A stretch of 64,000 nt of DNA from Okamejei kenojei (Eukaryota). The DNA is taken from the NCBI GenBank assembly GCA_035221665.1, contig CM069149.1:11842001-11906000 (forward strand), read 5' to 3'. Positions within the stretch are counted from its first letter, which is position 1. Each line of letters begins with the position of its first letter. The notes below the pieces were generated by a model, which searched no databases, was not told the DNA's origin, and worked only from the letters and a program-made list of their open reading frames with translations. This document shows, in pieces, positions 50,641 to 64,000 of the stretch. The translations under genes and the position numbers were made by a program.

Positions 50641-53600
50641 ATTTGTTCTAGGTATCAAACAATGGCTGATCCCTGGACAATGTGGGCAAATTTAACCTGT
50701 AGTTCTCTTGCAGTGAATAATTTGTTTCCCCCTTTTATTTTGGCAGAGAATATATCTGAATTATGTAGATTTGGAAAAGATGTATGTTTCCTGATTCCCA
50801 ATCAACAATGGTAGAGGCTGAATGAAAGATTTATTTACAGCCAGAATTTCTATGATTAATCTACTATCCATATTTTCACATGGTAGCCAAATGAAATAAA
50901 AGCTTACCATTTAAGTTTGAACACCAAAAAGTTAATTTTACACATTTCTGTAAACTATATTGAAATCGGTATGAGATGAAGTGAAATTTGAACAGCTGAA
51001 TAATATTGGCCATGTTTTTCGAGACATGCCATTGTGCTTTGTGACAAATGAGTGTCTGTGTGTGGGATATGAGGTGAATTCTTTATTTATCTCTGAGCTG
51101 CCTGCCGTGGTAATGAAAATCATGCAGGTTTCAGTCATAAGCCGAATCTTGTGCCATGGCCATTTATTTCATTTCAATTTGAGCTGGATGGTGGTTAGCA
51201 GTATAATTGGAACTAGATAGAGCATCAGAATGGGGAGAAAAATCACTGCGGGTAACTGATGCCCTTGGTTTCTGAAGCAGAGGCTGATCAGAGATTACTG
51301 GCCATTGCTTTCTGTCACTTGTGATAATGAATGTCACTGATCATGCTATGAGGGAGTAATGGACATCAACATTTGTAGGCACTATAATCAAACGATAATA
51401 CTTGCCATGCAGATAATGATTTCAAGGTTTGCCGATTGACAAAATGCTACAGATTATGCCTACTGCATGTAGCGTAACCTCATTAGTTCTTTCATAGACT
51501 GGTCTGGCAATGTAGTGATCCCAATGAATAATTCAGGCATTTTCTGTTGCATAAACAATAATGTCTTCTGAGATGAAGAATATTCAGGATATTTCCTCCT
51601 TTTTATGATTCCTTGAGATCGTTTAAAAAATTAGAATATGAAACATTTGTGTTTGAACTCTTCCTATCGTGTAGCTATAAAAACCTTTAATGGATTGCAC
51701 ACATTGTGATTTTGAATTGAGCAGTAGAAATGCAGCTCTGAAGACAGCTGGAATGGCAAAAGATTGTAAATAGTTATTCCCTGCACCAAGAAGTCATTTT
51801 CTTCACAGAACAAATATAATTTCAAACAAACCCACCGATAAGTAGTTGAACCCCATTTACAAGGCTGCCTCTTTGTGCTATTCAATGTACAGAGAATGTG
51901 GAGTAATCGCAATGGATATCTGAAATAAAATCAGGAAATGTTGAAGAGATTAAGCAAGTGAAGTGTCGCAGGAAAAACTGTTAATGTCTCAAGTTGGTGA
52001 TGCCTCATCACATCTGATGAATGATAGCGGACATGAAACATTAATTGTTTCACTTTCCAATAGATGTTGCTTGACATGCATTTAGTTCATCTTTGACAAT
52101 GATTGGGAACTTTAAAGTGAATCAGATCATTTTCCACTTGATCATTCTCTAGAATTAGATAAATAATATATTCTTTAATGCAACTCAGAACAGCAGAGGC
52201 AGAAGTTGAAAAGGGGGTTGGTTGTGTCAGTTAATGGGAAATGTCTACAAAGAAAATAAAATGTTGAGGAAATCAGAAGAAGTAGAGAATTGATTTTGAG
52301 TGCTTGTTTTTCATTTTATTAGCTGTGTGGCAAAGAGTTTCACAAAATATATTTAACGTTGATATCATCAAAGCAACAACAGTCACTGTGAAGAATTCAC
52401 ACAATAGTAAACCAAGAAGGAAAAATATCCAAATTTTAATTATTTTTTAAATAGTCTATGGGGTGTGAAATAAAAGCACATTTTCATGATTAAGCCAGAA
52501 GTTGAAATATTATTTACTTCAAAAAGAAATGAAATATGTTTCTATTATTTAATTCACTCTCTTGGGAAGTTAGGTGTCCCTGGAAAGGCTAGAATTAATA
52601 GCTCATCACTATCTGTATTGTTAGTCCGTTAAAAAAAAGAAATGATTACCAGAGGAAATGGTAATCCACACATTAAAAAAAGTATTTTTTGTTGTTGAGG
52701 CTTTTAATGAGTTCATGGGATGGGATGCGTTTTAATGGCTTAGCATGCCATTAAATCACAGCTGTACTTCAATAAAATTAACTACTTTTTTGTTTTGAAC
52801 GGAAAATATTGGGAAAATGCCTGGAATTCTCTTATTCCAATAGACCACATGAGAGAAATGGCAGAAATGCTCTCCAGGGAGAAGAGCAGGGACTAACTGG
52901 CAGCAAACTCCATCTTTAACTCCAGTAGTTGTTGTCAGATTCGCTTTGTTGAAACTGTAAGTGATGATAGTCTGACTCTTATTCAAGCCACAAATTATGA
53001 GCCAAGGATGACAGATGGGTTTTATTTGTAATTGCATAAGTGAGGGATATTTATGTCACATCAAAGTACCTTCCAGATTCTGCAACATCAATTGACACTG
53101 ACGCAGGGGTGCTTCTGTGTGTTGTGGCTATACAATCCTCAAGGAATTATGGAATTCGGTGTAGGATACCTGCAACAAGCAAAGAGCGAAATCATTTCAT
53201 TTTAAGCCCAGGTTTTATGGAAGAGGGACAATAGTGCAAAATTGATCTTGTCACCAACCATCTATCAAACTTGTAGAATTTAGTTTCAAGTTCCTGAGCA
53301 AAAACGAATGCTTGTTCTACTTTCTGTACTGCACATAAAGCAAATGAGCATGATGGAGCATTTAGAAGTTGCATACTTCTCTGTTTCCCAGGACTTGAAA
53401 TCGGGTAGATGGTGTTATATTCAGCAGCTGGTATGAGTTGAGAAGACTGGGTGGTAACATCAGTGGGTGAAATGACAATGCTGCTGATTTATTCCTCTAT
53501 GTCCTTTCATCTCAACATAGTTTCCGTATTACAGCTGAAACCCCCCCACTTCCCTCTTTTGTCACACACCCACATGTTGACCATTTTACTTTCTTTTGAT

Positions 53601-54124
53601 TTGACTGCATCGGCTCTTGTAGATTTTTTTCCTGTGGTTGATGATTCCAGGGGAATCACTCAGCTCTTGCCCAAGAGATTTGTCAACAGAGTCAGACAGA
53701 CCAGCCACATGACAGTAAGAAGGCAGTAAAAGAAGCCAAAGAGTTGGATGAGGGGAAAAGGAGGATAATTAATGTAAACACATTGGAAAATTGGTAAGAA
53801 GTCAAAAGAATCACTGGATCATAGAATTATTGTAGCAAAGAAGGAGGTGATTGGCCATTTATGTCCATGCTAGTTCCTAGAATTGCAATCTTGATATTCT
53901 CATTCATCTCTCTTTTCCCACAACACTGAAGGTTATTCTCTATTCAAGTGCCTGTACAATTCTTTTGAAAAGACTTACAGGTTGTGTTTCATTGACCTCA
54001 TAGACAGTAAATTCCAGCTTAAAATTACATTGGTTATGCCGCACTTGGACTATTATGTACAGTTCTGATCACAGTTCTGATACAGAAATAATATGGAGGC
54101 TTGCAGAAGAGATTTACCAGAAAG

Positions 54125-54930
54125 ACAATAGACAATAGGTGCAGGAGTAGGCCATTCGGCCCTTCGAGCCAGCACCGCCATTCAATATGATCACGACTGA
54201 TCAGCCCCAATCAGTACCCCGTTCCTGCCTTCTCCCCATATCCCCTGACTCTGCTCTCTCTTGAAAGTATTCAGAGAACCGGCCTCCACCGCCCTCTGAG
54301 GCAGAGAATTCCACAGACTCACAACTCTCTGTGAGAAAAAGTGTTTCCTCGTCTCCGTTGTAAATGGCTTACCCCTTATTCTTAAACTGTGGCCCCTGGT
54401 TCTGGACTCTCCCAACATCGGGAACATGTTTCCTGCCTCTAGCGTGTCCAAACCCTTAACAATTTTGTATGTTTCAATAAGATCCCCTCTCATCCTTCTA
54501 AACTCCAGAGTGTACAAGACCAGCCACTCCATTCTCTCAGTATATCACAGTCCCGCCATCCTGGGAATTAACCTTGTAAACCTACGCTGCACTCCCTCAA
54601 TAGCAAGAATGTCTTTCCTCAAATTAGGAGACCAAAACTGCACACAATACTCCACTCACTAGGGCCCTGTACAACTGCAGAAGGACCTCTTTGCTCCTAT
54701 ACTCGACTCCTCTTGTTATAAAGGCCAACATGCCATTCGCTTTCTTCACTGCCTGCTGTAACTGCATGCTTACTTTCATAGACTGATGAACAAGGACCCC
54801 CAAATCCCGTTGTACTTCCCCTTTTCCCAATGACGCCATTTAGATAGGAATCTGCCTTCCTGTTTTTGATACCAAAGTGGATAACCTCACATTTATCCGC
54901 ATTAAACTTTATCTGCCATGCATCTGCCCA
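54125..54930 (-). mobile_element. CR1/HER1 LINE 3' portion
   Basis: ORFs contain LEFRRMRGDLIETYKI and QQAVKKANGMLAFI; (ctattgt)n tail. Confidence 0.93.
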
Positions 54931-54934
54931 CTCC

Positions 54935-55329
54935 CCCGCTCACATGTCTGTGAGCAGATGGCGGGCCACATCTATCACATGTACACAGGGATCCCGCCCC
55001 CATCCTGCAGGCATCAAATCACGAGTTCACAGAAGGTAGACAAAAATGCTGGAGAAACTCAGCTGGTGAGGCAGTCTCATGCAATCCTTGCATGTCTCAC
55101 TGAGTTTCTCCAGCATTTTTGTCTACCTTTGATTTTTCCAGCATCCGCAGTTCTTTCTTAAACGTATTCGCAGAAGGTGTGCGGCCATCCCGGCGGCTTT
55201 GCGCAGGATGCGGTTCAGGCAGAGCACGGCCGTGCTCGGGGCGTGCGCTCCACGGGCTGGGTGAGTACGGGAAACAAAATCTGCCTGCGGGACGGATGAT
55301 TTTGGGTTACGGGCTGCATTCGACCCCTG
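54935..55329. mobile_element. GC-rich DNA transposon remnant (hAT-like right end) with nested Penelope fold-back
   Basis: Ends TTCGACCCCTG (CAGGGG-type TIR); internal PLE flanked by TTC(A/G)CAGAAGGT. Confidence 0.45.
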
Positions 55330-55789
55330 ACCTAAATGGAGGGGTTGTACATTGTTCTGAGTGTAAGAGTATTTACTCATATCCCCCTGTTGTATCACTG
55401 ACTCCAAATTGTGAATTTAGACTGCCTTGCCCATTAATATGAATGCCTGGTCCTGATCTTCCATAAAAACTCCATCAAATTTCCCCTCAACCTCCTTTGC
55501 TCCAAGGAGAAAGTCAGCTTCTCCTGACTGGCACGGCAGATGACAACAGAGAGCATGCAGACAATTAGAACAAACAGAGGGACAAGCAATGATTGAGGAG
55601 AGGGATGTCAGCAAGTAGAAGCCAAAAGACAATGAAGCGAGAAACAATTTAGATTCTACTCCGATGGTATGAATTAAAAATGACTCCTCATACTGCAGCT
55701 CCAAAAAGTCCATCTTTTCCTGTAGTTATCTTTGAATAGAGGATATTTAACCAAGATATGTGACTGGTCCCATCTGGAGTTTATGCATG

Positions 55790-56070
55790 GCAAGTGGTGC
55801 AGTGGCAGAGTTGCTGCCTTCCAACGCTAGAGACCCGGGTTCAATCCTGTCTGTACGGAGTTTGTACATTCTCCCTGTGACCCCGTGGGTTTACTCCGGG
55901 TGCTCCAGTTTCCTCCCACACTCCAAAGACATACAGGGTTGTAGGTTAATTGGCTTTGATAAAATTGCAAAATTGTCCCTCATGTGTAGGATAGTGCAAG
56001 TGTACTGCATGATCACTGGTCGGCGAGGACTCGGTGGGCCGAAGGGTCTATTCCCATGCTGTAGGTCTAA
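55790..56070 (+). mobile_element. HE1-type SINE
   Basis: gagacccgggttcaatcc B-box; body and tail match the 60364 copy. Confidence 0.85.
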
Positions 56071-56399
56071 GGTTACGTGTCCATCAATAATCTCTTGCAG
56101 GGAACAAAATATTTTGTCAGTTCTGAAACATAAATATAGAATTGGAATCTTAATTTGAATATAGAATTAGAATCAATTGTTGTAACTTGTTTAATTCTCA
56201 TGTGGTATTTCATTGTTATTCATTCAATGCAAATATGCTGTAACACTGAAACCTCCTGAAAAGTGCACCCTAGTGAATAACAAGCATATTTGAAAGGCAC
56301 TGCAGTTGAGTAAAATCTCTCAGCAATAATTCAAGAGAAAATAAGGAGAAGGATATATGAAATAAGAATAGAAAATTATAGTACTTTGTCAGAAGTCAT

Positions 56400-56645
56400 G
56401 TTCATGTGATATCAGCAGAATTAGGCCATTCGGCCCATCAAGTCTACTACGCCATTCAATCATGGCTGACCTATCTCTCCCTCTCCTCCCCCCCCCCCCC
56501 CCCCCCCAACCCTATTCTCCTGCCTTCTCCCCATAACCACTGATACCCGTACTAATCAAGAATCTTTCAATCTCTGCCTTAAAAATATCCACTGACGGCC
56601 TCCACAGCCTTCTGTGGCAGAATTCCACAGATTCACCATGCTCTG
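56400..56645 (-). mobile_element. CR1 3' end; its upstream part resumes at ~57640-57760
   Basis: CR1 tail sequence split by the Rex1-type insertion. Confidence 0.75.
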
Positions 56646-56649
56646 AATA

Positions 56650-57640
56650 AAAAAATTGTATTGTATATTGTATTGTATTGTATATCTTTATTGTCATTTT
56701 TCTGAGTACTTACATACCCAGAGGAAAACGAAAAAACAGTGTGCGGTAAAAAATAAATAGAAATAAAGAATAAAAGTACATATATCACGAGTTTCGATCG
56801 GCAGTGGCACGACAATGGCTCTGCTTCAGTTTGTCCAGGTTGGTGTTTGGTGCGCGATACTTTGGCAGGGGGCAAAGTCCGTTTATCATTCTTATAGCCT
56901 GCGCAAAGAAGCTGAGGACGATTCTGCTGGTTTTGCAGCTGATGCTCCTGTACCTCTTCCCAGATGGCAGAATGGAGAATATGTGATGCGATGGGTGGTA
57001 GGGGTCTTTGATGATGGAGATGGCTCTGCTAATACATCTCTTCCTGTATATGTCCAGCAATAAAGGGAGTGGAGCACCAATAATCCTGCTGGCGGTCTTC
57101 ACAATCCTGTCCAGTTGGTGCCGTTCGTACGCCTTGCAGCTCCCGAACCAGGAGGTGATGCCGTAGGTTAATGTGCTCTCGATTGTCCCCCTATAAAAGG
57201 TTCGTAGGTGTGCAGTGGGGAGACCTGCTTTCCGTAGTCTTCGGAGAGGGTGTAGTCGCTGCTGGGCTCTCTTGACCAGTGCTGTGGTGTTGGTCTGGAC
57301 GTCAGGTCATTTGACAGGTGGAGTCCTAGGAACTTCACACTGCTGACCCTTTCTACATCAGCTCCATCGATGTGCAGAGGTGTGTGGCGTTGTTTTCTCG
57401 CCCTCCTGAAGTCAACCACCATCTCCTTCGTTTTTCCCACGTTGAGAATGAGGTTGTGGGATTTGCACCATCCTGTGAGCAGCTCCACCTCCATCCTGTA
57501 CGCCGACTCATCATTGTCACTGATGAGACCCACCACTGTTGTGTCATCAGCGAACTTGTTGATGAAGTTGTTGTTGAGTCTAGCAGTACAGTCGTGTGTA
57601 AGCAGACTAACAGCAGGGGGCTTAGGACACAGCCTTGGGG
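56650..57640 (-). mobile_element. Rex1/Babar-type LINE 3' fragment (second family)
   Basis: ORFs contain PQGCVLSPLL, LILNVGKTKEMVVDFRR and IIKDPYHPSH; (ATACA)n-type tail. Confidence 0.9.
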
Positions 57641-58426
57641 CGATTCCTCTTCATCTCCTTCTAAAGGAATGTCCTTTAATTCTGAGGCTCTGACCTCGAG
57701 TCCAAGGCTCTCCCACAAGAGGAAACATCCTCTCCTCATCCACTCTATCCAAGCCTGTAGATGAACCAGCATCTGTGGAGAGGAAGGGATTCACGTTTCA
57801 GTTTGATATTCTTTCTCCTGGTCCATTCTGATGAAATGTCATTGAATTGAAAAACTCTGCTTCTTTCCTCATTGATGTTCAAAGGAAACATTTCCAAGCT
57901 TTTTGTGCTTTTAACTCGTATAAAAAGTTCCAAAATGTCCATTTCTGTGTTTTTCTCATAAAACCTATTGTAAATTACAGCTTTTCAGCGATGTTTTTGT
58001 AACACCTCAGTTGCTAGCATGCTTTTTAGGATATTTTGTGATGCAACCTCATGAAATTATACTTCACTCGTGATTTTATTTCCTATGCTGTTTCTTGCCC
58101 TTATCTTCCTCCATTAGGAAGCTGTCAGGAGCAGATTATCCTGGTATCTTCTATGATGATATAAATAAATCCAAGGTTGTATATGTTAAAATCCGAAGAG
58201 TTTCTCTAAAGTGAAATTTCCTGCTATGGTAATTGCTATTTCACCTTCCATCTCCCTTTAAATGCAGTGTCAAGGTATGTTCCTGGACACGGATGGATTT
58301 CTAAGCCTGTTTCTCACCCTGCAATCTTAATGAGTAATTTTACTTTCTGGAGTAACCAGGCAGCTATTGTGGTATTGTAGTGAAGACAGGGACAATGTGG
58401 CTAAAGTGCTGCTGATGGTATTCTTT

Positions 58427-58708
58427 AAGGGTCTGTCCCATTTTCACGACTAAATTCTTTCATCCCAACCATTTTTTTTACTCGTGAACATTTTTTATCG
58501 GGCTGCAAAAAAACGTCCCGACTTACCCGATGCCACGAGTACCTACGGCTGGCATAAAGAGCTGCTACGATATATCTCCAAACTCCTACGACCTCCTAAG
58601 GACTTGTTATGAACATTCTGCGAGTTTGAATCGGGGGGGGGGGGGGGGGGGGGGGGGGTAAACTCGGGAGAATTCGTGAATTACCACGTGAAAGTGGGAC
58701 AGGCCATT
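58427..58708. mobile_element. MITE with the same TIR type as 9318-9940
   Basis: AAGGGTCTGTCCCATTTTCACG...CGTGAAAGTGGGACAGGCCATT. Confidence 0.75.
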
Positions 58709-58809
58709 TACTGCAGCATGACAGAATTACCTAAAAAAGTAACCTAAAATCTTAAATGTTGTAACTTCTACTGTTATATTGTTTGTCTTGAAATTGGGGT
58801 ACAGACCAG

Positions 58810-59372
58810 AGCAGACACAAAATGCTGGAATAGCTCAGCAGGACAGACGGCATCTCTGGAGAGAAGGAATGGGGTGATGTTTCGGGTCAAGACCTTCTTC
58901 AGACTGAAAGTCATGGGAAAGGGAAACGAGAGATATAGATGATGATGTAGAGAGATATAGAACAAATGATTGAAAGATATGCAAAAAAATAACAATGGTA
59001 AAGGAAACGGGCCATTGTTAACTGTTTGCTAGGTGAGAACGAAAAGCTGGTGCGATTTGGGTGGGGGAGGAATGGAGAGAGAGGGAATGCAGGGGTTACT
59101 TGAAGTTGGAGGAATCAATATTAATACACCTGGGTTGCATCTGGGGAACGGTCTCGACCCGAAACTCATTCCTTCTCTCCAGAAATGTTGCCTGTCTCTA
59201 TTGTGGACATTTAACTGGGCATTTCTTCTACCTGCGTTCGAATCACTTTCCAAACATTCAAAAGAACTCTTATAGTCTGAAGAAGGGTTTCAGCCCGAAA
59301 CGTTGCCTATTTTTTTCGCTCCATAGATGCTGCCTCACCCACTGAGTTTCTCCAGCATTTTTGTCTACCTTC
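58810..59372. mobile_element. Penelope-like 3' region with inverted and tandem tails
   Basis: Minus-strand tail, UTR and end of the GIY-YIG region (58810-59145), followed by + strand tails at ~59150 and ~59275. Confidence 0.75.
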
Positions 59373-60363
59373 TTATATTCATTATCTTTATTGATGAAAA
59401 TTCATTTGAGCAAGTCCCAGTGACATTGTGGGAAAATGTAACAATGATTATTAGTAGAATGAGGAATACGTAATTTAAAAAAAGCATAGTAATATTCGAA
59501 ACATATAAAAAATATTAACTTAATGAACATTAAAAAAAACCACCTAGTTCCCTCAAAGTTGTTCTTTTCCATTGAACTGAAGATAATATTGGAATACAGT
59601 GAGGGTATCATCTGTACTGCTGACGTTTTAAACATGGGTGAGGAGTTAGTCATAATAGGGGCACATTCTAGAGATTGCTATGCAATGCATGGGAGAGGAG
59701 GAAAAGGAGCCAGCCAGAAGTGAACTTTCATGTTTATACAGGAACATTGAACTTAAGGACACGTCTCCAGAGAACTGTCAACAGTCTGCCACTGCCAGCA
59801 AGTATCAGGTCAATGATTCTAAATCATTTGGACGGGAAGATCCAGTTAAAGTTTTTTTTAGAGATAAAGAGTGGAAACAGGTCCTTCATCCCATTGAGTC
59901 AGCGCGGACTGGCGACCACGAGCGATCAATTCTATCCTACACGCAAGGGACAATTTGCAAAAGCCAATTAACCTACAAACCTGCATGTCTTTGGGAGTGT
60001 AGAAGGAAACCGAAGCACCTGGAGAAAGCATGTAACAAGTAAAAAATATATATGTTTACTACATTCTCCCAATCTAAGCAATGACATCACCAATTACGAG
60101 TGTCTGTGGGGACACGTTAGTCCCTCATGCAGCTGTTTTAGTTTTTGTTTGGAATGGGTGCACTGGAAATATAGATGCAATAAATGGATTCTATCTAGAA
60201 GGGGAATGGCAAAAATATTTTCTATAAATGTACCAGAGCCTAATGATAAAGTTTAGGAATTGACAGAAGTCAACAGGAACAAGGCAGTGGTTTGTCATAA
60301 CATTATGAACAGCTTCTGATGCCAATCATCCATGAAATACGAGCATATTCAATTATTCATACG

Positions 60364-60680
60364 AGCGGCACGGTGGCGCAGCGGTAGAGTTGCTGCTTTA
60401 CAGCACTTGCAGCGCCGGAGACTCGGGTTCGATACTGACCAAGGATGTTGTCTCCACCGAGTTTGTACGTTCTCCCCATGACCACGTGAGTTTTCTCCAA
60501 GATCTTCGGTTTCCTCCCACACTCCAAAGACGTACAGGTTTGTATGTTAATTGGCTTGGCATAAGTGTAAACAGTCCCCAGTGTGTGTAGAATAGTGTTA
60601 GTGGGCAGGGATCGCTGGTCTGCGCGGACTCGGTGGGCCGAAGGGTTTGTTTCCGTGCACTATCTCTAAACTAAACTAAG
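60364..60680 (+). mobile_element. full-length HE1-type tRNA-derived SINE
   Basis: A-box GGTGGCGCAGCGG, B-box GGTTCGATAC, CR1-like tail GGGCCGAAGGG..TGTTTCC and (TAAAC)n. Confidence 0.9.
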
Positions 60681-61484
60681 TAAACATGTTGCCATTCACA
60701 AAATAATTAGTCGTACACACCCTTGTTTACTATCTTCTCCGTCTATTGAAGGATGATGTCATCAATTAGCACTGCATTAGGACAACCTGTTCCCTTGAGT
60801 TAATAATGTAATGTCAATGGAAAATTACCAGTCATGGCCATTAACGGTAACATTAACAGTATTCATTCTGAAAATACACCAGAGTGTAGTTTGCTTTGGA
60901 CAAATTTTAAATATTTAGAACACTATTGCACCTTTGCTTATTCTTGTGGGGTCTGTGCTGAAGTTTTATGCAGGCATGCGTATAAAAATCAATTAAATTG
61001 GTCCTATCCGCTTGCGGAAAAACAGCTTTGTTCATGTTGAAAATTTCAATAGCTCTACAAGTACAAATGGCTCTCATTGTTGTTTATATGAAACAACAAA
61101 AGCGATTGAGAAAAGATGCGATTTTAATTGGATTCTCTTTCTATCTGACAAAGATTGATTAAGAATAAGAGATCTTTTAATTCCTTGCAACCAGCACCCA
61201 AGGATCTAACTTGTGCTGTTTCTGTGCAATCATCTGTAGGTTTTACTATTCATCTCTGAGGTGACGTCAACCTCGAGAAACACAATGAGACACAGCATTG
61301 ACGACTAAGAATTTTGTAATTTTTCTGCCAAAATAGGTTTACTACGTTAGACTAACATATTTACCTTCTGGGAGAACTAGTTTGTGGTTCGTATTGTAAT
61401 GTGTTGCCCTAACTCACACTGCTATCACCAATGCCTCCTTTTGCAAATGGCCTACATACGCTCTCGCTGAATAAAATGCAGATA

Positions 61485-62050
61485 GTCATAGAGTGATACA
61501 GTGTGGAAACAGGCACTTCAGCCCAACTCGCCCACACCAGCCAACAATGTCCCAGCTACCTTAGTCCCACTTGCCTGCACTTGCTCCATAACACTCCAAA
61601 CTTGTCCCATCCATGTACTTGTCCAACTGTTTCTGAAACATTGGGATAGTCCCAGCCTCAACTACCTCCTCTGGCAGCGTGTTCCATACACCCACCACCC
61701 TCTGTGTGGAAAATGTTACCCCTCGGATTCCTATTAAATCTTTTCCCCTTCATCTTGAACCTTTGACCTCTGGTTCTTGATTCCCCTACTCTGGGTAAAA
61801 GACTCTGTGCATCGACCCAATCTATTCCTCTCATGGTTTTGTATACCCCTATAAGATCTCCCCTCATCGTCCTACACTCCATGGAATAGAGACCCAGCCT
61901 ACTCAACCACTCCCGATAACTCACACCCACTAGTCCTGGCAACATCCTCCTAAATGAATATTTTCTGAACCCTTTCAAGCTTGACAATTTCTTTCCTATA
62001 ACGGTGCCCAGAACGGAACACAATATTCTAAACGCGGTCTCACCACGTCT
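61485..62050 (-). mobile_element. CR1 LINE 3' portion
   Basis: ORF contains RLGLYSMECRTMRGDLIGVYK. Confidence 0.9.
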
Positions 62051-62456
62051 TATATTTAAATTCTCAAAGCATTATCAAATTCCTCTCTTGTTTTTTCTCT
62101 CCCCATCTCTATAATCTTGAGTGGACCAATACTCTCTCAAATATCTTCCAGTTTGGCCTCCTGATTATTCCAAAAATAAATTGCTCCACAATCGACGGTT
62201 GTGCTCTCAACTGCTAAAATAGTAACAGGTACCTTCTGAAAAATCTTTGCCCCACTCTTTCACATCCCAGTTCATAAACCATCGATCCTCAATCCCAATC
62301 CAAACGTTATTCCCTTATCACGTATCTATACTCTGTAAATGGATTGATTGTAATTGTGTATTGTCTTTCTGCTGATGGGTTAGAACGCAACAAAAAGCTT
62401 TTCACTGCACCTCGGTATACGTGACAATAAACTAAACTGAACTGATGATCTCAGAT

Positions 62457-62679
62457 GGTAGACAAAAATGCTGGAGAAACGCAGCGGGTGAGGCAGCATC
62501 TATGGAGTGAAGGAAATAGGCAAAGTTTCGGGTCAAGACCCTACTTCAGTCTGAAGAAGCGTCTCGACCCGAAACGTTGCCTATTTCCTTCGCTCCATAG
62601 ATGCTGCCTCGCCCGTTGAGTTTCTCCAGCATTTTTGTCTACCTTCGATTTTCCAGCATCTGTAGTTCATTATTAAACA
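62457..62679. mobile_element. Penelope-derived fold-back element
   Basis: 14-bp TSD TGATGATCTCAGAT at 62443-62456 and 62680-62693; near-perfect inverted arms. Confidence 0.88.
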
Positions 62680-63436
62680 TGATGATCTCAGATACTGACT
62701 TTCAGCTCAGGCCTTCTTCTCCACTTCTGATCCTTGACATTTCCTCCCAAACCCACTCTCCCTCCTGACTGAATTTTGCCAGGTTTATCTATTCAGACAA
62801 TGTTTTATGCACCTTGCCTTTGCAGACCGTGCAAGCACTTTTAATGTGTAATGTTTTACAGTTAGCCACCATGCCTGCATCTGGTGCAACACTGACTTTA
62901 CCAGTGACAGGTTGTCAGTCAAAACATTCCCTGGATTGATGAAAGCCAGACGAGGCAGATATCTTTCAGGTGATGACTAATTTCTTGGCCAGCATCACTG
63001 CTACATGTTTCCTGTCCTCCCCGCATTGTCATGGTAGTTTCTGAAAGATCCATCCTTGGCTCCCTTCCCTTTATTCATCCTTGACAACTTTATCTGCAAA
63101 GATTTGGTTTGTTTCCAGCATATTGTTGACTGTAAGATGCAGCTGATCCAAAGCTTTCCATTTGATATCTTAAGTACATCTATTCCTACCTCCTCCTGCT
63201 CTCACTGACTTATATTGGCTCTCATTTCCATGGTTCCTCAAGCTGAAAAATTCTAAACCTCCCTTTAATCCCTTTGTACTTCTGCGCATCCCTCTCTCAG
63301 GGCTTAGAAGGTCCCAGCAATGAGGGAGTTCAACTACCACAGTGGACGGAAGTCCTCAGGACTGTTTTCCTTCAAGCAAGTTTGACGGGGAATCGATGGA
63401 GGTTCATGATCCTGACTAGTTTAGAAGGGGCAAACC

Positions 63437-64000
63437 ATTAGAAACATAGAAACATAGAAATTAGGTGCCTGCACCGCCATTCAATATGGTCATGGCTGAT
63501 CATCCAACTCAGTATCCCGTACCTGCCTTCATTTACCTTTCTCATCTCGGTCTTAAAGGATTCCCCCCTTATCCTTAAGCTGTGACCCCTTGTCCTGGAC
63601 TTCCCCAACATCGGGAACAATCTTCCTGCATCTAGCCTGTCCAACCCCTTAAGAATTTTGTACGTTTCTATAAGATCCCCTCTCAATCTCCTATATTTTA
63701 GTGAGTATAAAACTGAGTCTATCCAGTCTTTCTTCATAAGACAGTCCTGACATCCCAGGAATCAGTCTGGTGAACCTTCTCTGCACTCCCTCTATGGCAA
63801 TAATGTCCTTCCTCAGATTTGGAGACCAGAACTGTATGCAATACTCCAATTGTGGTCTCACCAAGACCCTATACAACTGAAGTAGAACCTCCCTGCTCCT
63901 ATACTCAAATCCTTTTGCTATGAAAGCTAACATACCATTCGCTTTCTTCACTGCCTGCTGCACCTGCATGCCTACTTTCAATGACTGGTGTACCATGACA
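63437..64000 (-). mobile_element. young CR1/HER1 LINE, near-identical to 44110-44842
   Basis: Almost the same translated sequence and (tttctatg)n tail; internal deletions near the 3' end. Confidence 0.95.

Larger units (their letters stand above)
17016..64000 (+). other. TMTC2: TMTC2 intron 1 (extends beyond the window)
   Basis: GT donor at 17016. I found no sequence encoding the expected continuation (RAIKTNQD...) downstream; the region is repeat-rich and non-coding. Confidence 0.8.

Noticed and set aside
60364-60440. tRNA gene
   Set aside because: The tRNA-like head continues into the SINE body and LINE-like tail; no proper cloverleaf or Pol III terminator.

Overview
Vertebrate genomic DNA. 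The repeat landscape (HE1-type tRNA SINEs, HER1/CR1 LINEs, Penelope-like tails, Rex1/Babar LINEs) points to a cartilaginous fish, probably a skate or ray (inference). The only host coding sequence I recognise is the first coding exon of TMTC2 (16933-17015, + strand, MISEFVSSAVAIALYLNTLNADFCYDDS), lying in a CpG-rich promoter region; everything after 17016 looks like its long first intron. The other ORFs in the track are transposon fragments or low-complexity artefacts. Three observations stand out. (1) A 138-bp retroposed element with a 14-bp TSD and a (GAA)n tail begins exactly at the cleavage site of a 54-nt minimal HDV-like ribozyme (21209-21346, minus strand). (2) Many Penelope-derived fold-back elements carry minimal hammerhead-like motifs. 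(3) One of these (29842-30211) carries a copy of TMTC2 promoter sequence, apparently retro-copied from an antisense transcript. All calls were made by eye; many repeat boundaries are approximate.
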